A stretch of 64,000 bases of DNA from a virus. Lineage: Duplodnaviria > Caudoviricetes. The position numbers and the translations under genes are program-made. Below are positions 57,522 to 64,000 of this stretch, piece after piece; the stretch's first letter is position 1; every line of letters starts with the position of its first letter. The notes under the pieces were generated by a model, which was not told where the DNA came from, did no database searches, and saw nothing but the letters and a program-made list of their open reading frames with translations. The stretch lies in IMG/VR virus record IMGVR_UViG_3300032227_000993; one strand, 5' to 3'.

Positions 57522-58118
57522 TTAATTCTCCTCTGGGTACTTCATATCAACCAGTTGATTAGTCTGGGTTGATGCCATGCTTACGATTTCTAATGCCACA
57601 TCACTTGGCTCTAAACAAAAAGCCGCTGTTGACATATCTATCATTGGTGTGCGTGTTCTTACTGGGTTAATTAACCCTACAGTAACAGTACTGCCGTCAA
57701 AGTAGTCGCAGGCACCTTGCCATACATTATGTAGCGCACTTTTACTGGCCGCGTATAAAATGTAGGCCTTGCGCCCAGACTTGTAAGCACTTGATCCAAC
57801 CATGATTATTTTTACAGGTTTTTTGCTGGGATTATCAATGTAATGTTTAATAATAGACCAGTTTGATCCTACATTGATATCAAATGTTTTATTGTGTGTC
57901 TCGGTGTTTGTATTGTCAAAGTGTCCTACTGAATTTACAACAACATCTGGCAGATGACTGCTCAACAGATTATCAACAGATTCATAACTGTTACTGTCTG
58001 TAAAGTCAACAAGTCCGCTGTGGACAGGAACAACAACATAACCAGATCGCAAGAACTGTTCTGCGACCGCTTGCCCAATGCCTCCGTGGGCTCCAAAGAC
58101 AACTGCTTTTTTACTCAT
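57522..58118 (-). CDS. short-chain dehydrogenase/reductase
   Basis: GAHGGIG, VVNSVG, YAASK. Confidence 0.85.
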   Translation of the reverse strand: MSKKAVVFGAHGGIGQAVAEQFLRSGYVVVPVHSGLVDFTDSNSYESVDNLLSSHLPDVVVNSVGHFDNTNTETHNKTFDINVGSNWSIIKHYIDNPSKKPVKIIMVGSSAYKSGRKAYILYAASKSALHNVWQGACDYFDGSTVTVGLINPVRTRTPMIDMSTAAFCLEPSDVALEIVSMASTQTNQLVDMKYPEEN

Positions 58119-58524
58119 CAGCGGGAATAATACTATCTACACGGAAAGTGTCTGATTCATACTCTTCGCCACCACGTGGTCCTTCAGCAAAGGCCATAAA
58201 CACACAACCTTGTGGACCAGCACGTAACGCATGAATTTCATTAGGCTCGCTGATGATAAAATCTCCACCTACTGCTTCGTACTTTTTGGCAGGGCCATCG
58301 CTGTCTACAGGTTTACTGTAATATTCTGTTGTACCTGCTACAATAAAAGTGTATTGTGTGGTTAATTTATGATAATGATTGGCACGAACAGCACCAGGCG
58401 CATTGCTTATCAAGCAACCTGAATTCATATTTGCTTTGGCAAATAAATCAGCAATAGTCCCACGTTCATCTTTGTGAACGCCTAAACCTGGTTCGGTATT
58501 GTTGTAAATGTTGTAATGTTTCAT
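58111..58524 (-). CDS. cupin (sugar isomerase/epimerase-like)
   Basis: DERG, RANHYH, EIHA. Confidence 0.75.
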   Translation of the reverse strand: MKHYNIYNNTEPGLGVHKDERGTIADLFAKANMNSGCLISNAPGAVRANHYHKLTTQYTFIVAGTTEYYSKPVDSDGPAKKYEAVGGDFIISEPNEIHALRAGPQGCVFMAFAEGPRGGEEYESDTFRVDSIIPADE

Positions 58525-59744
58525 TGTGAGATAAACTTTGTGTTAGGGTTAATTCTAAGTAACGCCTGTTTAAGTGGTTCACCAATGTTCCAACTTAATA
58601 CAAGTGCGTAAGGGTTTTCAAATTTGGCAAATTCATCATCGCCGCGAATAGGAATACGACTCAGCGGTGTGTACTTGCCTTGCTTAAACTCCGAAGAGTC
58701 AGTGATACAGTATAGATGTGTTTTGTTGAGTCCGTGCCAGTTGAGCCAAGTATTAGCTTTGGCAGCAGCACCTACACCAATGATAACAGCATTGGGTTCG
58801 TTGGTAACAATATCATAAAATTTCTTTAGCCACTCGTTGCGTTGTTCTATCAGCTGTAACTGTAGTTCATCGTAGAACGCAGGGTCAAATAGTCCTTGTG
58901 CTGTTTCCTGGGCAATGGAGTCTGCTACTTGATTAGCCAGCACATCGCTGTGGTGTGCTACTACTCGTAAACTTTGACCGTGGTAGTTGACCAACTCATA
59001 GCTGGCAATAGATAATCCAGCCTGGGCCAATACATTCTGTGCCATTTTGATAGTAAAGTATGTAGGATGTTCGTGATATGTCATATCGGGAAACTTACCA
59101 TTGGTGACCATCCAGCCCCAATAAGGAACTTCAAATACAAACACACCGTCTGGGGCCAACAAGTCAGCTACGGCTCGGGCAAAGCCTACAGGATCGTTAG
59201 CATGATTAAAAACATTGTTGGCCATGATAACTCGAGCAGGACCGTTAGCAATTTCTATAGCGGCGCCAACATCTGTACCAAACAATGCGTTGATAGTTTC
59301 TACGCCACGTGCTCTGGATATCGCGCACATATCGGCGCTGGTATCTACTCCAATAGCTTTGGTACCTGGTTGATTAAAGTGATTAATGAGATATCCATCA
59401 TTACTACCAATTTCTACCACCAGGCCTTGTGTCATGTACTTTGACTTGATGCTGTTGGCATATTCGTCCCAGTGATCGCGACTTGTTTTAGAATTACTTG
59501 ATGTGTAGGAGTAACTGTACAAGTTGTAGCGATCTTCGGCGTTGCTACTGTAACCAAGTTGTACAGAACCAGACTTGGGATTTAAATAAACTTGTAAGGG
59601 AAATACCGGTTCTGACAAGTTAACTTGATGTTCGGCAATAAACGTGTCAGCATAAGCGTGTTGACCAAAGTCAAGAATCTTAGTTACTGGTTCGCCTGTA
59701 ATTAAGCATTTGTCAACAAGGGTACTTTCCGTAATCTTGCTCAT
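58521..59744 (-). CDS. NDP-hexose C-methyltransferase-like protein
   Basis: Zn-binding N-term, VEIGSNDGYL, ANNVFNH, YHEH.TYF, GAAAKA, KQGKYTP. Confidence 0.85.
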   Translation of the reverse strand: MSKITESTLVDKCLITGEPVTKILDFGQHAYADTFIAEHQVNLSEPVFPLQVYLNPKSGSVQLGYSSNAEDRYNLYSYSYTSSNSKTSRDHWDEYANSIKSKYMTQGLVVEIGSNDGYLINHFNQPGTKAIGVDTSADMCAISRARGVETINALFGTDVGAAIEIANGPARVIMANNVFNHANDPVGFARAVADLLAPDGVFVFEVPYWGWMVTNGKFPDMTYHEHPTYFTIKMAQNVLAQAGLSIASYELVNYHGQSLRVVAHHSDVLANQVADSIAQETAQGLFDPAFYDELQLQLIEQRNEWLKKFYDIVTNEPNAVIIGVGAAAKANTWLNWHGLNKTHLYCITDSSEFKQGKYTPLSRIPIRGDDEFAKFENPYALVLSWNIGEPLKQALLRINPNTKFISQ

Positions 59745-60556
59745 TTACTGTGTACCATGAACTTGTTAACATCATTGGCTCGCATTTTAACCCAAGGGTC
59801 CTGCTTGCCAGCAATAACATTTTCCCACCATGTGGTATCTCTACCGGTGGCTTTTAAATGTTTAGCGATGTAGGTAGCATCGATAATTCGATTGTTACTA
59901 AACACCTGGTTATGAAAATCTAATGGATGACTTGGATTGCCTTCGTAGGTGACTTTTTTCTTTTGAGTAGTGTCATCATTATTGCCAGTTAAATCAGCAC
60001 GATCGTGCGTGACATAGATTTCTACAATTTCAATTAAATCAAGCAAGTAAGCAATTTGACTTAATTCAGCATCGACCATTTGGTGTCTGGATAAGAACTT
60101 GAATAGATCATACCATTCTTTTGGATAGATTGGAAAGATACTGTAAGGATGTTCGCCGTGTGTATGAACTTTTAATAATTTAAATTCGCCATCGTGATCG
60201 GTGATAATTTTATCCCAGCCAGTGGTTTCCATAACAGCATCGTCGTTCCAGACAAATAACCAATCAGCTGATGCTTGTACTCCAAGTCCGTTGTAATATT
60301 GATTGAGTCCTTGGTAGCCCAACGGTTCAAATAACATCACGGTGTAGGCAACACCTTTTTGCTCCAGCCACGGTTGTACGTCGGTACTGAAGTATCTTAA
60401 CCCAGTTTCATCATCGTTATCAAACCCTAATATGAGTTGAACCGCGTCTGTATTAAGTGTACGATTAAACAAACTAACCACACTAAGTTTTAGTGCTGTA
60501 GTCCGACCTCGTGTTGGTAAGAGTACTGCTATTTTAAATTCGTTAGCTGATGACAT
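59741..60556 (-). CDS. glycosyltransferase family 2-like
   Basis: LLPTRGR, GFDNDD, VWNDDA. Confidence 0.75.
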   Translation of the reverse strand: MSSANEFKIAVLLPTRGRTTALKLSVVSLFNRTLNTDAVQLILGFDNDDETGLRYFSTDVQPWLEQKGVAYTVMLFEPLGYQGLNQYYNGLGVQASADWLFVWNDDAVMETTGWDKIITDHDGEFKLLKVHTHGEHPYSIFPIYPKEWYDLFKFLSRHQMVDAELSQIAYLLDLIEIVEIYVTHDRADLTGNNDDTTQKKKVTYEGNPSHPLDFHNQVFSNNRIIDATYIAKHLKATGRDTTWWENVIAGKQDPWVKMRANDVNKFMVHSK

Positions 60557-60682
60557 TTAATCCCTGTTAATCGTAAATAGAAGCCTGCGATGTTGCTGTG
60601 TGGCTCTATTTAATTTAGCTGAGTTTAGCCTGCCCTATAAAAAAGTTAGCAGTTGCAACAGCTTGATTTACAAGGTTAAATA

Positions 60683-61186
60683 TTATTCAAATAACTCTTC
60701 GTTCCATTCACGGTGTCCTTCACGGAATGCCATGTTGCTTTGAGTTTCACGTACTTCTACACGATAGCACCATAAACGATCAGATTCAGACTGTCCCCAC
60801 ATATCAGGAATATACACGCCGTTGACATACTTGTACAGTTGATCTGCTAAGCCTTCACAACCTAATTTAGGTAGGATGGTAAGTTTGGCAAGATTCTTTG
60901 CTTGTAATAACTTGTATGTTTCGAGTTCAGGATCATCTTCGGCAACAAGTAAAGTGTGATCAAATTGACTTTCTAATACACCTTTGAGTTCTTTTAGTCC
61001 ACCATAGTCAGCGGCCCAGTTACGCACATCTAAATCATCTGTGCCAAAGTAAAACTTCATACTAAACGAATATCCGTGAATTAAGTTACAATGTGAGTCG
61101 GCTCGCCATTGTCGATAAGCGCAAGGAAATGCGTCGTGATACTCTTTTGTACTTGTGTATTTGTATTGCCTGGATTGATTTGCCAT
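60683..61186 (-). CDS. queD: 6-carboxytetrahydropterin synthase-like protein
   Basis: HCNLIHGY, DYGGLKELK..FDHTLL, GCEGLA, VRET..N.A. Confidence 0.85.
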   Translation of the reverse strand: MANQSRQYKYTSTKEYHDAFPCAYRQWRADSHCNLIHGYSFSMKFYFGTDDLDVRNWAADYGGLKELKGVLESQFDHTLLVAEDDPELETYKLLQAKNLAKLTILPKLGCEGLADQLYKYVNGVYIPDMWGQSESDRLWCYRVEVRETQSNMAFREGHREWNEELFE

Positions 61187-61204
61187 TTGTTTCTCCTATG
61201 TTAG

Positions 61205-61233
61205 ATTATAGCACAGATGGCAGAGTTTGTAAA
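61205..61233 (-). promoter_or_regulatory. sigma70 promoter of queD
   Basis: TTTACA-N17-TATAAT; TAAATA also at 61266-61271. Confidence 0.7.
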
Positions 61234-61264
61234 GCGGGAATGACATCAAAAGGCCGCTGTAATA

Positions 61265-61645
61265 CTATTTATTTCTATAATTACCCATACCCGGAATTGT
61301 ATTTCTTACTCCACCTATTGGATCTTTGACATCGCCTGACCTCCGTGGAATAAGATGAACGTGCGGCCAGTCAACGGTTTGGCCGGCAGCCGAGCCTGAA
61401 TTAAATCCAATATTAAATCCGTCCCATTCGCCCTTTTCTACTTGCCAAAGACCGTGTGTGTGGGCATCTCTAAATGCTTGATGTAAACAATCTAAACGAT
61501 TGTACTTGGGTACAAATAGTAAATGTCCTGGTGTACATGGATATCCATCAAGAAACACCACAACATGGATTTCATCCTGGACAATGTTGTCCCACGGTGC
61601 TGTACTTTCTGCCAATGTATCGGGTAGGTCGTTTGATATTTTCAT
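61265..61645 (-). CDS. HIT family hydrolase
   Basis: YPCTPGHLLFVPK, AAGQTV.WPHVHLIPR. Confidence 0.9.
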   Translation of the reverse strand: MKISNDLPDTLAESTAPWDNIVQDEIHVVVFLDGYPCTPGHLLFVPKYNRLDCLHQAFRDAHTHGLWQVEKGEWDGFNIGFNSGSAAGQTVDWPHVHLIPRRSGDVKDPIGGVRNTIPGMGNYRNK

Positions 61646-61652
61646 AATTCCT

Positions 61653-61796
61653 TCATTCCGTTCTTGCTCGATGTTTGGCCATGGCTTCTGCGCTACGCTG
61701 TTGAAAGTCTACCATGCTGTGATAGCCCATTTGATAGCACGGGCAATGCTTGCCTAAGATCCAGCGGGCTAATCGAATCCTTAGTTTCTGTATCAT
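61653..61796 (-). CDS. small hypothetical protein (47 aa)
   Basis: Not in track; MIQKLRIRLARWILGKHCPCYQMGY...; fills the gap. Confidence 0.5.
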   Translation of the reverse strand: MIQKLRIRLARWILGKHCPCYQMGYHSMVDFQQRSAEAMAKHRARTE

Positions 61797-62218
61797 ACAA
61801 ACACTTCCTCTTCTAAATATCGCTTTAGTTCTTTGTCGGTGGGTTCTACGGTGTAGTTGTTTTTGAAAAAGATTTCGTAACTGTCCGACCCGTATTTGCC
61901 AATACCATACAACTCGGTAGCATCATCACAGTTCCAAGTTATAAAGTCATCTGTCATTTTGCATAGTCTTTTGTAACGAACATTGACCATGCCTAGCGGC
62001 CAGATTACATCTTTTACTTCTTTTTCGGTAGCCTGCAGAAAATTAAAAGGGTGAGGCCAATGCTGCATGAAAACAGGAAATACTGTTTTTACAGGTTTAC
62101 GACCAGTTTGATTCAGCATAATCACAGCCACCATGTGTTGCCAGGCACCCCGCATATTGTCCAACCCAGCCGGCAACTGCTGTTGTACCATTAGATCATC
62201 TCTTAAAGGTTGTATCAT
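61793..62218 (-). CDS. HhH-GPD/MBD4-like DNA glycosylase
   Basis: IMLNQT, LYGIGKYGSDSYEIF helix-hairpin-helix signature. Confidence 0.75.
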   Translation of the reverse strand: MIQPLRDDLMVQQQLPAGLDNMRGAWQHMVAVIMLNQTGRKPVKTVFPVFMQHWPHPFNFLQATEKEVKDVIWPLGMVNVRYKRLCKMTDDFITWNCDDATELYGIGKYGSDSYEIFFKNNYTVEPTDKELKRYLEEEVFV

Positions 62219-62877
62219 TTTTTAGAGGCCAATACGATTTTACAAATGTGTTCTAGCCGTTCTATATGTTCGTATGCTCGCCATGGGCTTGTGTCAATGG
62301 CAACAACTCCGTGTCCTTTGATACCTACGACGTCATAGGCAATATTGCCCTCATCGTCTAGGCCCAGATTGCGATGGCAAGCGTCGCCCAACTCTTGACT
62401 AGTAGGCGGAACATCCGGAACATTGGGTGCTACTCTAGTGTATCTACTCAGTTCAGGAAAGTCGTCAACTATGGTGCTGAGATCAATGCCGGCATGCATG
62501 GCCGCCACAATGTAGGTAGGATGAAGATGTACTACCACTCGAACTTCGTCCTTGTGCTGTCCCATCTGTTTTTGTAGACCAAAGTGTAGAGGCATTTCTC
62601 CCGACGGTTTTAGATTACTGCTAATTTCGGTGTACTGATCCTCTTTCCACCCCCAGCGATCTGCCAATAGACCTGTGCCAGGTTCGTTCCAAGTTAGTGG
62701 GGCTTTGATGATAATTTTCTTAAACTGATCTGGTTGTAGAGTTTGTTTACGTACACCGCTTGGGGTAATGTAAAAATGGTCACGGTCGTGATGACGAATA
62801 CTAACATTACCATCTCTACTGGTAATCCAATTGCGCTTGTACGCATCTAACATTACTTCACATATTGTTTCTAACAT
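62215..62877 (-). CDS. class II aldolase/adducin family protein
   Basis: GNVSIR, ITPSG, PSGEMPLH, VHLHP, GHG. Confidence 0.88.
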   Translation of the reverse strand: MLETICEVMLDAYKRNWITSRDGNVSIRHHDRDHFYITPSGVRKQTLQPDQFKKIIIKAPLTWNEPGTGLLADRWGWKEDQYTEISSNLKPSGEMPLHFGLQKQMGQHKDEVRVVVHLHPTYIVAAMHAGIDLSTIVDDFPELSRYTRVAPNVPDVPPTSQELGDACHRNLGLDDEGNIAYDVVGIKGHGVVAIDTSPWRAYEHIERLEHICKIVLASKK

Positions 62878-63050
62878 TATTTTTCACCTTGTATTAGTTG
62901 GCCAGTTACAGCGTTGACTCGCAGTCCTGCTTCGTTGATGTAATAGGGCTGGCACATCTTTTCGCCGTCCCACTTTTGACCACACCAACACTCGCCCTCT
63001 GCGCTGATAATACAAGTGCCTGAACCACAGCATCTAGGATCTACATTCAT
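62877..63050 (-). CDS. Cys-rich small protein (57 aa)
   Basis: Not in track; MNVDPRCCGSGTCIISAEGECWCGQKWDGEKMC...; ATG overlaps folE TGA. Confidence 0.6.
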   Translation of the reverse strand: MNVDPRCCGSGTCIISAEGECWCGQKWDGEKMCQPYYINEAGLRVNAVTGQLIQGEK

Positions 63051-63808
63051 CGTGGCGCAAAGTCCTGTTGTAGTTTGATATTATCCATAAACTCTTTCTT
63101 GGTACCTGAGTCTGTGTTAAACGCACCTTTAAGTACTGTGGTCTGTGTTAAACTACTGTGTGCCATAATACCACGATTCTCACAACAACCATGTGTGGCT
63201 TGAATGTAAACGCCCACATCCTTACTACCTGTGGCTTTCATTATTTCTTTGGCAATATCGTTACACAATTCTTCTTGAAGAGTTCCTCTCCTCGCACACC
63301 ATTGTGCAATACGAGTGTATTTTGACAAGCCAATGAGCTTTTCTGCGGCAATGATACCAATGTAGGCAACACCCGAGACAGGCTGATGGTGATGACTACA
63401 CATACTACGCAATTCACTGCGTACAACCAACATTCCTTCATATCTATCCTCGCTATCGTTAGGAAAAGCTGTGCAATCTGGAGCAGGTTCATAGCGACCA
63501 GCCATAATTTCATTGTAATACATCTTAGCCAGGCGTCGAGCTGTGCCGTAACTGTTGGGATCATAAGCACGATCAATAAGCAAGGCATCCAATACTTTTT
63601 CAAATGCCTGTGTAGCTTCATTGATAAGTTGTTTCTTATCTTCATCGCTGACATATTCGCTAATGTTATCACCAGCCCAGAAACGTTTTTTGTTGGCAAT
63701 CATACGCTCACGAATAACTACACTTAACGGACGTCCATGATCTGGGTTTATCACAGCATCTTCGTAGCCGGGGTGGAATGGGGCTTCCTGTACAAGTTTA
63801 TCACTCAT
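63047..63808 (-). CDS. folE: GTP cyclohydrolase I
   Basis: SMCSHHHQP, GLSKYTR, RRGTLQEEL, HGCCENRG. Confidence 0.93.
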   Translation of the reverse strand: MSDKLVQEAPFHPGYEDAVINPDHGRPLSVVIRERMIANKKRFWAGDNISEYVSDEDKKQLINEATQAFEKVLDALLIDRAYDPNSYGTARRLAKMYYNEIMAGRYEPAPDCTAFPNDSEDRYEGMLVVRSELRSMCSHHHQPVSGVAYIGIIAAEKLIGLSKYTRIAQWCARRGTLQEELCNDIAKEIMKATGSKDVGVYIQATHGCCENRGIMAHSSLTQTTVLKGAFNTDSGTKKEFMDNIKLQQDFAPR

Positions 63809-63998
63809 TATTTTCCTCTTTTAACTTTTCAATAATTTCTTGTTGTTCTTGTTGCTTAATCTTATTTAGGTCGTACTTCTCAAACCTGCGAGAATATTTC
63901 ATGGAAGGCATTAATGCTGCTTTTTCAAACATATCTTCTTGTTTGCTATTAACAGTAAAAATGTAACCCTGTAGCGTGCCTAAGACTTTTTTATTCTC
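63801..63998 (-). CDS. 3' end of a gene starting beyond the window
   Basis: Open frame from the window edge to TGA overlapping the folE start. Confidence 0.5.
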   Translation of the reverse strand, partial: ENKKVLGTLQGYIFTVNSKQEDMFEKAALMPSMKYSRRFEKYDLNKIKQQEQQEIIEKLKEENNE

Positions 63999-64000
63999 TA

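Noticed and set aside
60575-60612. TAAATAGA...TCTATTTA hairpin upstream of the GT2 gene as a translational switch
   Set aside because: It does not cover the RBS or ATG; may be only a processing or stability stem.
63241-63966. Alternative ORFs overlapping folE and the window end
   Set aside because: Shadow frames of folE and of the truncated upstream gene.
1-64000. CRISPR array, integrase/transposase, introns/inteins
   Set aside because: No equally spaced direct repeats, no recombinase or transposase motifs, and conserved enzymes (ThyX, MetK, FolE) are uninterrupted.
1-64000. Stop-codon reassignment
   Set aside because: Long genes are intact in code 11, TAA/TGA/TAG all end coupled genes, and there is no suppressor tRNA (the Trp anticodon is CCA).

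Overview
Segment of a large lytic dsDNA phage genome (T4-like myovirus/jumbo-phage style; standard genetic code, dense coupled ORFs). TctC/Bug and TorF-type porin genes suggest a betaproteobacterial host (inference). Order: (1) end of a tail/baseplate module (1-2727); (2) a ~16 kb plus-strand operon of glycosyltransferase-like genes, seven N-terminal twitch/SPASM radical-SAM paralogues and a carbamoyltransferase (2801-18608), converging with a minus-strand sugar module (GT-like repeat protein, DegT aminotransferase, epimerase); (3) thyX, a vWA/MoxR pair flanking nine small genes, most sharing a C-terminal motif; (4) a host-takeover region with sigma70 promoters, TctC, 2OG-oxygenase-like genes, more radical SAMs, an RpoZ homologue, an HNH, 12 CCA-encoding tRNAs (including rare Ser-ACT and Leu-AAG), several unexplained structured RNAs, a porin and a circularly permuted two-piece tmRNA; (5) RNase H-like nuclease, metK, queE/queD/folE, a C-methyl sugar cluster, HIT, MBD4-like glycosylase and class II aldolase. 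Most striking: a leader-peptide/antiterminator/terminator element upstream of the tRNA array whose codons match the phage's own tRNA set, the permuted tmRNA with a 29-aa tag, and 13 radical-SAM genes plus SAM supply. All assignments are from motif recognition by eye; no searches were run.
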